A stretch of 44,301 nt of DNA, from the NCBI GenBank assembly GCA_037916495.1, contig JBAIXP010000058.1, positions 1 through 44,301 of the forward strand, given 5' to 3'. The position numbers were made by a program, and so were the translations under genes. The notes beneath the pieces are model-generated. The model made no database searches and was not told the DNA's origin. It saw only the letters and a list, made by a program, of their open reading frames with translations. Numbering within the stretch: the first letter of the stretch is position 1; each line of letters opens with the position of its first letter. Shown in pieces: positions 35,433 to 44,301 of the stretch. Origin of the DNA: Thermoplasmata archaeon. GTDB taxonomy: Archaea > Thermoplasmatota > Thermoplasmata > Lutacidiplasmatales > UBA184.

Positions 35433-36866
35433 ATGACCGACGCAGACTCCCGGTACATACGGATCGAGGTTCCCGAGGAAGAGCCCGAGGTCCGGACCAC
35501 GGATTTCCGCGAGGTCCTGCATTCCTACTCGAAAGAGGAGGCGATGCTCGAGGCGCAGCGGTGCCTCCAGTGCGCGCTCCCGTTCTGCGTCGAGGCCTGC
35601 CCGATCACCCAGGACTGCCGGGGGTACATCGGGCTCGTGGCCGCCGGGGAGTTCGACGAGGCGGCGCGGCTCACGCTCCGCGAGAACCCGCTCGCGACGA
35701 CCCTCTGCAAGGTCTGCTACCACTACTGCGAGGACGCCTGCATCATGAAGGGACGCGGCGTCCCCATCGCGATCCGACACCTCAAGCGCGCGGCCCTCGA
35801 GTTCGGCAACTCGAACCTCGAGTACGTCCCGAGCGCGCCGCGCCACCAACGGATCGCCGTCATCGGCGCGGGGCCCGCGGGGATCATGGCCGCCTGGGAA
35901 CTCTGCATCCGGGGCTACTCGGTCACGGTCTTCGAGAAGCAGGCGGCGATCGGCGGCCAGGCCGGCGCGATCCCGCACTACCGCATGCCCAACCACGAGC
36001 TCCTCATCGACCTCCAGAGGTTCCGCAACTTCGACCTTACGTTCGTCAACCGCCGGACGGGCGGGAAGGACGTCACGCCGGAGGACCTCCTCGCGGAGGG
36101 CTACAAGGCGGTCTTTGTCGCGATCGGGGCGTCGCGCGCGTCCTACCCCGGGGTCCCGGGCGAACAGCTGCCCGGCGTCCTCCCCGCCCTCGAGTTCCTC
36201 TACGACGTGAACCAGGGCCATCCGGTCACGCTCGGTCGCAAGATCGTCGTGGTCGGGGGCGGCGATGTCGCCATCGACTCCGTCCGCACGGCCCGGCGCC
36301 TTACCCCGGGCTCTCCCGTGACGATGGCCTACCGGCGCACCCGCGAGGAGTCCCCCGCGGGCGAGGAGGAGATCCGCGAGACCGAGCCCGAGGGGATCGA
36401 GTTCCGCTGGCTGGTCGCGCCGCTCCGCATCCTCGGGAAGGACCACGTCGAGGGGATCGTCCTGCAGAAGATGGAGCTCACCCAACCGGACGCCTCGGGC
36501 CGCCGCTCGGTCCGCGCGATCGAGGGGTCGACCGAGACGATCGAGTGCGACACGATCATCATGGCGGTCGGCGAGAAGGCCGACCTCACCGGCTTTTCCG
36601 ACGCGCTCGGCCTCAAGATCGGCACGAAAGGCTGGCCCGAGGGGCCGCTCCCCGGCTACCGCACCCAGACCCCCGGGGTCTTCGCCGCGGGCGGCCGGTC
36701 GGTCGTCCACGCGATGGCGGCCGGCACGAAGGCCGCCGAGGCGATCGACGCCTACCTCCGCGAGAAGGAGGGGCTTCCCCCGGCCTCCCGACCCGACCCG
36801 TTCGGCGAGGGGACGCCCCCGCCCCCGGTCCCCGAGGGCTACTCGGGCCCCGTCTGGAAACCGTAG
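35433..36866 (+). CDS. Fe-S/FAD NAD(P)-dependent oxidoreductase (GltD/SudA/NfnB family)
   Basis: EAQRCLQCALPFCVEACP, CKVCYHYCEDAC, VIGAGPAG, VVGGGDVAID, YRR. Confidence 0.9.
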   Translation: MTDADSRYIRIEVPEEEPEVRTTDFREVLHSYSKEEAMLEAQRCLQCALPFCVEACPITQDCRGYIGLVAAGEFDEAARLTLRENPLATTLCKVCYHYCEDACIMKGRGVPIAIRHLKRAALEFGNSNLEYVPSAPRHQRIAVIGAGPAGIMAAWELCIRGYSVTVFEKQAAIGGQAGAIPHYRMPNHELLIDLQRFRNFDLTFVNRRTGGKDVTPEDLLAEGYKAVFVAIGASRASYPGVPGEQLPGVLPALEFLYDVNQGHPVTLGRKIVVVGGGDVAIDSVRTARRLTPGSPVTMAYRRTREESPAGEEEIRETEPEGIEFRWLVAPLRILGKDHVEGIVLQKMELTQPDASGRRSVRAIEGSTETIECDTIIMAVGEKADLTGFSDALGLKIGTKGWPEGPLPGYRTQTPGVFAAGGRSVVHAMAAGTKAAEAIDAYLREKEGLPPASRPDPFGEGTPPPPVPEGYSGPVWKP

Positions 36867-36956
36867 GGCGAGGCGTCGACCGGCCCTTCGCGGCCCGTCG
36901 GAGGCCCGTTCCGCGGGCGGCGGAAGGTTCAACCTTTGGAAGCCGTGCCGGCGGGC

Positions 36957-37307
36957 ATGGCGGCGCGCTTCTGCCACCACTGCGGGACGGCGCTCCCGCC
37001 GGCCGCCGCGGCCTGCCCTTCCTGCCAGGCTCCCGTGGATCCCCCGAAGGACCCGGGGCCCACGCGGGGTCCGTCGCCCTCCTCTCCCACGACCCACGAA
37101 GCGGCAGCGGGCCCGCATCGCTCCTGCGCGAACTGCCACGCCGCGATGCGTTGGATCGGCCACTACAGCCTGCGCGCGGGCGGCTACACCGGTGCCGTCG
37201 GGGCCGTCACGGGCGATCTCGGCCAGCTCTCCGAGACGTTGTTGCCGTTCAGTCTGTACTACTGCCAGACCTGCGGGAAGTTCGACTTCTACTACCCCGG
37301 GACCTGA
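36957..37307 (+). CDS. Small multi-zinc-ribbon protein
   Basis: FCHHCG...CPSCQ, CANCHAAM...YYCQTCGKFDFY. Confidence 0.78.
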   Translation: MAARFCHHCGTALPPAAAACPSCQAPVDPPKDPGPTRGPSPSSPTTHEAAAGPHRSCANCHAAMRWIGHYSLRAGGYTGAVGAVTGDLGQLSETLLPFSLYYCQTCGKFDFYYPGT

Positions 37308-37443
37308 GACCCCTCGGGGCGGGGAGGGGGGCCCCCGGACGGACCCGGCTCGCGCGGTGACCCACGGGGGCCTTTGCTACCCGTAGGGGGGCACGCGGGG
37401 GAAAGCGAGGGCTTTTGGCCCGTTCGAAACTGCCCCGCCCGGC

Positions 37444-38157
37444 ATGGGGCTCACCCACGCGCAGGCCGAGCAGATCCTCCGGGAGAGCAAGGAGCACCAG
37501 TGCCCGGATTCTCCCGAGCTCTGCGTGAAGGCCGTGGCGGTCGCGGACCTCCCGAGCCGCTTCGGCGACTTCCAGGTGGTCGCGTTCTGGAACGACCGCG
37601 ACCGCCGCGACCACGCGGCGTTCGTCCACGGGGACGTCTTCGACCGCGAGCGCGTCCTCGTCCGGATCCATTCGGAGTGCCTCACGGGGGATGCCATCGG
37701 CTCGCTCCGGTGCGACTGCCGCGACCAGCTCATCGCTTCGCTCGAGCGCGTCGGACGGAGCGAGGCGGGCGTCGTCCTCTACCTCCGCCAGGAGGGTCGG
37801 GGGATCGGCTTCGCGAACAAGATCCGCGCCTACCAGCTCCAGGACCTCGGGCTCGACACGGTGGAGGCGAACGAGGCGCTCGGCTTCCGGCCGGACGAGC
37901 GCGACTACGGTTTTGCCGCGCACATGCTCGAGACCCTGCACATCCGCTCGGTCGAGATCATGACCAACAATCCGGCGAAGATCGAGGACCTCCAGAACCA
38001 CGGGGTCGAGATCGTGGGACGGATCCCGCTCGTCATCCCGCCGAACCCCCGGGACCGGGCGTACCTCGAGACGAAGCGGAGGAAGATGGGCCACCTCCTC
38101 TTCGACGTGGAGCAGATCGACGAGGAGCCCCAGGACACCTCCGCCTCGGCCCGCTAG
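37444..38157 (+). CDS. ribA: GTP cyclohydrolase II
   Basis: VRIHSECLTGDAIGSLRCDCRDQL, QEGRGIG, DTVEAN, DERDY, MTNNPAK. Confidence 0.96.
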   Translation: MGLTHAQAEQILRESKEHQCPDSPELCVKAVAVADLPSRFGDFQVVAFWNDRDRRDHAAFVHGDVFDRERVLVRIHSECLTGDAIGSLRCDCRDQLIASLERVGRSEAGVVLYLRQEGRGIGFANKIRAYQLQDLGLDTVEANEALGFRPDERDYGFAAHMLETLHIRSVEIMTNNPAKIEDLQNHGVEIVGRIPLVIPPNPRDRAYLETKRRKMGHLLFDVEQIDEEPQDTSASAR

Positions 38158-38175
38158 TCGTCGGGCCCGCGCGGT

Positions 38176-38403
38176 CTACGAGATGTGGACCTCGCGATTG
38201 TGCCGCGTGAGCGCGGTGACGGAGGCGAGCTCCGCGCCGCAGACGGAGCAGCGGACCTTCTTCGCCTGCGCTCCCCGCGGGGCCGCGTCGGCGGGGGCGG
38301 CGTGGCTCTCCCGCACGTGGGTCTCGAGGATCTCGGGGGAGCGGAACGTCGAGCCGCACTGCGGGCAGACGGCCTCGTTCTCGTCGTACTCCACGTAGGG
38401 CAC
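38176..38403 (-). CDS. 75-aa protein with two C2H2 zinc fingers
   Basis: CPQCGSTFRSPEILETHVRESH and CSVCGAELASVTALTRHNREVH (both C-x2-C-x12-H-x4-H). GTG start with GAGGTGGAGG upstream. Confidence 0.82.
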   Translation of the reverse strand: MPYVEYDENEAVCPQCGSTFRSPEILETHVRESHAAPADAAPRGAQAKKVRCSVCGAELASVTALTRHNREVHIS

Positions 38404-38574
38404 GGACGCCGCGTAGGTCCCTCCACCTCTTCGTTCTTTCGTCAGGCCAGCGGCCGCCGCACGGGCTGCCGGACCCCGTCCGACGGGCTGTGTTCTCCCC
38501 GTTGCGGCGGCACCCCGGGCTCCGACCCGTACCTCAAATCCCGAGTCCTGCTCGCCGTTCCCTCGCTCGCGCCG

Positions 38575-39111
38575 ATGGTCGACTGGTTCAGTCTCGCGAT
38601 CTGGTCCCTCGCCGGGACCTGGGCCCTCGTCGTCGGGACGCTGTTCTTCATGTACTGGCAGACCCGCTCCGCGCAGCATCTCAACTCGGCGAACGCAGTG
38701 ATGGCGCTCCGCGAGCGCTTCGACGGGACGCGGATGCGCGCCGCGCGGCGCCACCTCGCCGAACGTCTCCTCGCGCGCGCGCACGACGACATCGCGAGCA
38801 TGGAGGTCGTCACGTTCTTCGAGCTGGTCGGCACGCTCACCCACCGCAAGGTCCTCGAGCTCGAGCTCGTCTGGGAGGCGTTCGGCTCCTGGGTCACCGC
38901 CTACTACTGGGCGCTGCGCCACCCGGACGACCTCATCGGCAAGCTTCGGACCGACCTGCACGACCCGCTCGTCTTCCACGAGTTCGAGTGGTTGTGCGTG
39001 CGGATCCTGGAGATCGACCGGGCGAAGGTCGGGGCGCCCGCGCCGGACGAGGACGAAGGGGAGTTCGCGCGCGGGCTCCTCGGCCGCGAGACGAAGCTCG
39101 AGTCGATCTGA
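38575..39111 (+). CDS. Membrane-anchored hypothetical protein (DUF4760-like)
   Basis: N-terminal TM helix, then VVTFFELVGTL...VWEAFGSW...FHEFEWL pattern. Confidence 0.7.
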   Translation: MVDWFSLAIWSLAGTWALVVGTLFFMYWQTRSAQHLNSANAVMALRERFDGTRMRAARRHLAERLLARAHDDIASMEVVTFFELVGTLTHRKVLELELVWEAFGSWVTAYYWALRHPDDLIGKLRTDLHDPLVFHEFEWLCVRILEIDRAKVGAPAPDEDEGEFARGLLGRETKLESI

Positions 39112-39178
39112 GCGCGGGGAACCCTGCGCGCGGCGGGGGCCGCCGTGAACGTGAAGGGGGGCGGCCCTCTACCGAATC

Positions 39179-40108
39179 GTGCGCGCGGCGGCCGTGCGGA
39201 AGTTCCGGGCCCCCGTCGAGGTCCTTGACCTCCCCGAGCCTCCTCCCGAGGCCGGCGAGGTCGAGGTCCGGATCGAGGCGGCGGGGATGAACCCGTTCGA
39301 CTGGAAGATCGCGGACGGGGGGCTCGAGGGCCGCCCGCACGTCTTTCCGCTCGTGCTCGGGGTCGACGGCTGCGGGGTCGTAGAGCGCGTGGGAGCCGGG
39401 GTCCGTGGGTTCCGCGCCGGGGACCGGGTCGTCGGGAGCTTCCTGCACGATCCGGTCGGCGTCGGGACCTACGCCGAGCGCTCGCGGGTCCCCGAGCGCA
39501 ACGCCCTCGTCCGGGTCCCGGAGAGTGTCGCCCCCGACGCCGCCGCGGCGCTTCCGACCGCCGGAATGACCGCGCTCCAGGCGCTCGATTCCCTCGCGAT
39601 CGCGCCGGGGGGGCACCTCTTGATCGTTGGCGCCTCCGGGGGCGTGGGGTCGTTCGCCGTCCAGCTCGCGCACGCCCGCGGCCTCCTCGTCACCGCGGTC
39701 GCCCGGGCGGCCTCGCACGAGCGGCTCCGCTCGCTCGGGGCCCGGGACACCCTCGAGCCGATCCCGGGCGGGCCCGACGGGAGGACCCAGCCACCGAACG
39801 GGGTCGCCTTCGAGGGGCTGCTCGATCTGGTGAGCGACCGGAACGGCTACGCCCGCTGGTGCGCTTGGCTGCGGCCGGGCGCGGCGGCCGCCTCGTCGGT
39901 CGGGGCGGCGCATCCGCTCCCCGGCCTCCGGCCCGTGGCGATCGACATGCAGCCGAGCGCCCGCGACCTGGGAAGGCTCCTGGCCGAGGTGGAGGCCGGT
40001 CGGCTTGCCCCGGCGATCGAGCGTCGGATCCGCCTCGAGCAGGTGCCCGCGGCCATCGCGGAGTCCCGCGCGGGTCGCTCGTCCGGAAAGACCGTCATCG
40101 TGCTCTGA
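39179..40108 (+). CDS. NADP-dependent MDR-family oxidoreductase (quinone oxidoreductase-like, non-Zn)
   Basis: AAGMNPFDWKI, LGVDGCGVV, GTYAE, GASGGVGSFAVQLA, GKTVI. Confidence 0.9.
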   Translation: MRAAAVRKFRAPVEVLDLPEPPPEAGEVEVRIEAAGMNPFDWKIADGGLEGRPHVFPLVLGVDGCGVVERVGAGVRGFRAGDRVVGSFLHDPVGVGTYAERSRVPERNALVRVPESVAPDAAAALPTAGMTALQALDSLAIAPGGHLLIVGASGGVGSFAVQLAHARGLLVTAVARAASHERLRSLGARDTLEPIPGGPDGRTQPPNGVAFEGLLDLVSDRNGYARWCAWLRPGAAAASSVGAAHPLPGLRPVAIDMQPSARDLGRLLAEVEAGRLAPAIERRIRLEQVPAAIAESRAGRSSGKTVIVL

Positions 40109-40144
40109 ACGTGCCGCCGCGCCCCCGATCCCGGTCGGCGGGAC

Positions 40145-42214
40145 TCAGTCGAGCGAGACCCACCGCAGCGAGAGCGAGTTGAGCACGACGCTCGTGGAGG
40201 AGAGGCCCATCGCCGCCGCCCCGGTGATGGGGAGATAGTCGAAGACCCGCAAGCCGAAGAGAGGAACGAGGGCGCCCATCGCGATGGGGAGGAGGACAGA
40301 GTTGTACCCGAGCGCCCAGATCAGGTTCCCCCGGACCTTCCGGACCGTCCGACGGCCGATCCGGAGCGCGAGCGCCACGCCCTCAAAGCGGGTCGTGAGC
40401 AGCACCACCCCTCCCGCCTCCCGCGCGACGTCGGTGCCCGCGCCGATCGCCACCCCGAGGTCCGCGGCGGACAGCGCGGGGGCATCGTTGATCCCGTCCC
40501 CGACGTAGGCGACCTTGCGGCCGGCCTTCTGGAGCTGCTGGATGAGCGCGAGCTTCCCCTGCGGGGTGATCGCGGCGTGGACCTCCCGGATGCCGACCTT
40601 CTCGGCGACGGACCGCGCGGCCCGCTCGTGGTCGCCGGTCGCCATCACCACCTCGATCCCGTCCGCGCGCAGCGCGCGCACGGCGGGGGCGACCCCCTCC
40701 GCCACCTCGTCGGAAAAGCCGAGGACCCCCACGACCGTCCCGCCGCGGAGCACGAGGGACCAGGCCTTCCCCTCGGAGGCGAGCCGCTCTCCCGCGCGGC
40801 GCCAGGCGGCGTCGCTCGGCGCATCGGAGGCGTGGGCTTCGCCGCGGACCACCGCCACCTCCTCGCCCCCCACGCTCCCGCGCACCCCGGTGCCGGGCTC
40901 GACGCGGACCCCCTCGGCGGGGATCGGGGAGAGCCCCCTCGCCCGGGCCGCCTCCATCACCGCGGAGGAGAACGGGTGGGTCGAGCCGAGCTCGACGCGG
41001 GCCGCGAGCTCGACGACCTCCGAATCGCGGAGCGCTGCTGTGGGGACGACATCGGTGAGGGCGGGGGCGCCCCGGGTGAGCGTTCCGGTCTTGTCGGTGA
41101 CGACGCAGTCCACCTGTTTCGCCCGTTCGAGCGCGTCGCGCCCCTTGAACAGGATCCCTTCCTCGGCCGCCCGGCCGGTCCCGACGACGATCGCGGCGGG
41201 CGTGGCGATGCCGAACGCGCAGGGACACGCGGTGATGACGACCGAGACGAAGACGAGGAGCCCGACCTCGAGCCCGACGCCGCCGAGGCCCCAGCCGACG
41301 GCGGCGAGGACCGCGAGGACGAGGACGACAGGGACAAAGAGGGAGGCGATGCGGTCCGCGAGCTTTTGGAGGGGGACCCGGCTCGTCTCGGCCTCAGCGA
41401 CCAGCTCCCCGACCTGGGCGAGCAGGGTGTCCTGCCCGACCTTGGTCGCCTCGATGAGGAGCAGTCCCTCGCCGTTCACGGAGCCCTGGACAACCGGCGC
41501 GCCGACGTCCTTCGGGACGGGAAGGCTCTCCCCGGTCTGGGCCGCTTCGTTCGCGGACGAGCGGCCCTCGACGACCCGCCCGTCGACCGGGAATCTGTCC
41601 CCCGGCCGGACCCGCAGCCGGTCCCCGGACTGGATCTCGGGGACCGGCACCGCCATCTCCCTTCCTTCCCGGACGACCGTGGCGGTCGAAGGGACGAGTT
41701 CCTGGAGCTTGCGGAGGACCGAACGGGCGCGTTCCCGCGTGAAGTGTTCGAGGTAGTTGCCGGTCAGGATGAGAACGACGATGAGGGTCGAGGCGTCGAA
41801 GAAGTAGTCGGGGGGGAGCCGGCCGGGCAGGAGGACCGCGGCGGCGCTGTAGAGGTAGGCGGTGGTCGTCCCCACGCCGATGAGGACGTCCATGCTCCAG
41901 TTGCGGTTGCGAACGGCGTCCGCCGTGCCGCGGAGGAACGGCCAACCCGGGTAGAACTGGACCACGGTCGCGAGGCCGAGCGCAACCCAGGGCCAGAGGT
42001 CGAACGGGTGAGCGTAGGTGAGGAAGGCCACGACCGCCGCGAGGGGCCAGCCGACCGCGAGCCGGCTGCGGACACGGGCGAGCTCACGGGCCGGCTCGGC
42101 GAACTCCTGGAGGCAGTGACTCGAGCAGAAGTAGTAGGTCCGGTTGTCGCGCTGGAGCCTGAGCTCGGCGGTCGCTTCGTCGACCGCCATGCCGCAAATC
42201 GGGTCGGTCGCCAT
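40145..42214 (-). CDS. copA: P1B-type Cu(+)-translocating ATPase with N-terminal YHS/TRASH domain
   Basis: DPICGM...YYFCSSHC, TGES, CPC, DKTGT, HP, GDGINDAP, YN and MGLSS TM motifs. Confidence 0.95.
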   Translation of the reverse strand: MATDPICGMAVDEATAELRLQRDNRTYYFCSSHCLQEFAEPARELARVRSRLAVGWPLAAVVAFLTYAHPFDLWPWVALGLATVVQFYPGWPFLRGTADAVRNRNWSMDVLIGVGTTTAYLYSAAAVLLPGRLPPDYFFDASTLIVVLILTGNYLEHFTRERARSVLRKLQELVPSTATVVREGREMAVPVPEIQSGDRLRVRPGDRFPVDGRVVEGRSSANEAAQTGESLPVPKDVGAPVVQGSVNGEGLLLIEATKVGQDTLLAQVGELVAEAETSRVPLQKLADRIASLFVPVVLVLAVLAAVGWGLGGVGLEVGLLVFVSVVITACPCAFGIATPAAIVVGTGRAAEEGILFKGRDALERAKQVDCVVTDKTGTLTRGAPALTDVVPTAALRDSEVVELAARVELGSTHPFSSAVMEAARARGLSPIPAEGVRVEPGTGVRGSVGGEEVAVVRGEAHASDAPSDAAWRRAGERLASEGKAWSLVLRGGTVVGVLGFSDEVAEGVAPAVRALRADGIEVVMATGDHERAARSVAEKVGIREVHAAITPQGKLALIQQLQKAGRKVAYVGDGINDAPALSAADLGVAIGAGTDVAREAGGVVLLTTRFEGVALALRIGRRTVRKVRGNLIWALGYNSVLLPIAMGALVPLFGLRVFDYLPITGAAAMGLSSTSVVLNSLSLRWVSLD

Positions 42215-42285
42215 CGGGTCAGCCCGTGAGGACCGTCCGGTCTACGGAACGCGGTCGGGGTGGTGCGGAAACGGCCCCGAAGGGC

Positions 42286-42429
42286 CTAGTCGGGCTTGTG
42301 CTTCGCTTCGTACTTCTTCTGGCAGCCGCCCGAGCAGAAGTAGACCGCGCGGCCGCCGTAGACGCCTTTCGCGGCGGCGCGGTCCGTATCGACGCTCATC
42401 CCGCACACCGGGTCCTGTACCGTCACCAT
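42286..42429 (-). CDS. YHS/TRASH metallochaperone, 47 aa
   Basis: MVTVQDPVCGMSVD...VYFCSGGCQKKY, directly upstream of copA; TTTTAA about 33 nt upstream. Confidence 0.88.
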   Translation of the reverse strand: MVTVQDPVCGMSVDTDRAAAKGVYGGRAVYFCSGGCQKKYEAKHKPD

Positions 42430-42591
42430 CGCCCGCCTCGACCTGCCGAGCCCGCCTACGGTTAAAACGCGAGCGCGGACCGACGCTCGGCACGTCGCGC
42501 CGGCCGGGCGCCACCGGGCCTGGACCGTTTTCGCCGCCCGACGGATAGATGAGGCGCGGCGCCTTCCGGCCCGACGGCGGGGGCGTGGCGG

Positions 42592-43185
42592 ATGGATCAG
42601 TCCGGGGAGGGGGTCGCGGGGGCTCACCCACGCGACGCCGGCCGGACGGGGGTCGTCCGGGACCCACCGGGGTCCGACGTCCTCGACGCGCGTCTCCGGC
42701 GGTTCGCCGAGGAGGCGCGGAAGTTCAGCAAGGATTTCACCGAGGTGTCCGGGTCCGTCTTCATCCGCGACCCGGTTCGGTCGGCGGAGAGCAACGTCGA
42801 ACTTGCGAAGACCCTCTTCTCGAAGTGGTCGATCGAGATCCTGTTCGCCCTCTACGCGCTCCGCGAGCTCGGGTTCCAGGAGCTCCGGGACGCCATGGGC
42901 TCGATCACCCCGCGGGTGCTCTCCGAGCGGCTGCGGACCCTTGACGAACGCGGGCTCGTGCGACGCACCGTCCTCGAAAGCCGGCCGACCCGGGTCCACT
43001 ACTCGCTGACCGACGACGGGCTCCTGCTCGCGCGCCTCGGCGAGCCGGTCTTCATCTTCCTCAAGTACCGCCACGACCAGGTGGCCGCCACGGGCCGACG
43101 TCGCTCCGCCCGTCCCCGCCGGAAGGCCTCCGCCCCGAGGACGGAGAAGCCCAGCACGCTCTCGACGCCGTCGCCGCCCGGTTGA
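42592..43185 (+). CDS. HxlR-family winged-helix regulator
   Basis: SKWSIEILFAL...GFQELRDAMGSITPRVLSERLRTLDERGLVRR...RVHYSLT. Confidence 0.85.
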   Translation: MDQSGEGVAGAHPRDAGRTGVVRDPPGSDVLDARLRRFAEEARKFSKDFTEVSGSVFIRDPVRSAESNVELAKTLFSKWSIEILFALYALRELGFQELRDAMGSITPRVLSERLRTLDERGLVRRTVLESRPTRVHYSLTDDGLLLARLGEPVFIFLKYRHDQVAATGRRRSARPRRKASAPRTEKPSTLSTPSPPG

Positions 43186-43215
43186 CCGGTAGAAAGCCGG
43201 GGGTTCCGCCGTCCG

Positions 43216-44295
43216 CTAGTGGCCCGGCTCGCCGCCGCCGGGGGAAAGGGCCCGGACGAGTGAGGGGAAGAGGGCCTCGAAGCGGGGACGCTTGTCGAAG
43301 TGCCCTCCCGGAAACTCGTCGTACGCGGCCGGCACGCCGTACGCCTCGAGACGGTGGGCGAACCGCCGCGCCGCGACATCCAGGAACCACTCGTCCCCGG
43401 CCGAGGCGGTGAGATGGAGCCGGCAGAGCCGCGCAAGGCTCTCCCGCTCCGCCGTGTGGTCGAGCCGCCGCAGCGGGTCGAAGGAGAGCCATCGGTCCCA
43501 CACGGGCAGGTCGAGCTCCCCCGTGAGCGGGTCGAACGGGAGGTCGAACGAGCCGTCGCCCTCGTCCCGCGGCGAGTAGCAGGCGGACATCGCAAGGAGC
43601 AAGAGGGCCGAACCCGAGGGATCGGTAGGCCCCTTGAGCCGCCAGGGCTCCCGGAAGAGACGCTCGAGGAAAGGCTCGGGGCCGCCGGCCTCGCGGAACG
43701 CGCGGACCGCCCGGGCGATGTCGGGCGGGAATACGAGGTCGAAGGCGAGATCCCCCGCGCTCGATCCGACGGCCGAGAACACGCCGGGGTGGGTCATGGT
43801 GAGATGGAGCGCTCCGAAGCCTCCGCTCGATTGGCCGAGCACTCCGGTCGCCCCGGTGCGGAACTTCTCCCGGGCCCACGGGACCACCTCTTGTACGACG
43901 AAATCGGCGTACCGCCCCGTTGCGGACGAGTTGACGTACTGGCTCCCCCCGAGGGTGGTGAGGCAGTCGGGAGCGACCACCACCGCTTCGGGGCACGAGC
44001 CCGTCCGGACGAGCCGATCGAACAGACCGAACTCCGATTCCCCGAGGTAGGCCGGACGGTCGGCGAGATGGGCTCCTCCGCTCGCGAAGCCGGGGAGAAG
44101 AACGAGGAGCGGAAGTCCCTCCGTCCGGCCCGAAGGGGGGCGGTAGATCGCGACCGGCCGGGTCGATGGGTCGCCGAGCGGATTGCCTTCGAGAACGTGG
44201 CTCTCGAGGATCTCGACCGAGGCTCCCTCGAGAACCCGGGGGAAGACGGCCGGGTGGCGGGACGGGAGCGAGACCCGGACCACGAGCCGCGACAC
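43216..44295 (-). CDS. Putative esterase (alpha/beta hydrolase, Fes-like)
   Basis: GNPLGDP...VAIYRPP, LGGSQYVNS, nucleophile GQSSGG, GDEW and EFPGGH. Start at the window edge is uncertain. Confidence 0.87.
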   Translation of the reverse strand: MSRLVVRVSLPSRHPAVFPRVLEGASVEILESHVLEGNPLGDPSTRPVAIYRPPSGRTEGLPLLVLLPGFASGGAHLADRPAYLGESEFGLFDRLVRTGSCPEAVVVAPDCLTTLGGSQYVNSSATGRYADFVVQEVVPWAREKFRTGATGVLGQSSGGFGALHLTMTHPGVFSAVGSSAGDLAFDLVFPPDIARAVRAFREAGGPEPFLERLFREPWRLKGPTDPSGSALLLLAMSACYSPRDEGDGSFDLPFDPLTGELDLPVWDRWLSFDPLRRLDHTAERESLARLCRLHLTASAGDEWFLDVAARRFAHRLEAYGVPAAYDEFPGGHFDKRPRFEALFPSLVRALSPGGGEPGH

Positions 44296-44301
44296 CGCCC
44301 T

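Noticed and set aside
1-44301. CRISPR array, IS/transposase, prophage or defence island
   Set aside because: No regularly spaced identical repeats and no transposase, integrase, capsid or recognisable defence genes were seen by eye.

Overview
Very GC-rich archaeal chromosomal segment, most likely from an uncultured Thermoplasmata/Thermoplasmatota lineage. That placement is an inference from archaeal EF-1alpha, aMBF1, a membrane-anchored LonB, a proteasome alpha starting MQPGQMAYDRA, and TATA-like promoters about 25-40 nt before starts. About 49 CDS, mostly housekeeping, repair, proteostasis or metabolism: tuf (partial), argF, thiolase-fold/DUF35 pair, topA, creatininase-family/uvrA/uvrC, psmA, folD, lonB, NMN adenylyltransferase, cyclophilin, RNase HI, HtrA, moaA, msrA, msrB, class III cyclase-TPR, purT, GltD-like, ribA, copA+YHS. 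There are also tRNA-Phe(GAA) and tRNA-Thr(CGT). No CRISPR array, transposase or integrase is visible, and I cannot point to one large novel multi-gene machine. The most unusual signals are small: (1) a ~245-nt self-closing structured intergenic element (candidate ncRNA); (2) several unannotated Cys/His microproteins, including classical C2H2 zinc fingers and 4-Cys peptides translationally coupled to folD and lonB; (3) a two-peptide operon with a palindromic operator next to a hairpin array; (4) an ACE-like M2 peptidase pseudogene remnant; (5) enzymes lacking canonical residues or domains (FolD, thiolase, GltD-like, UvrC); (6) TAG as the most common stop codon. All family assignments come from motif recognition by eye, not database searches.
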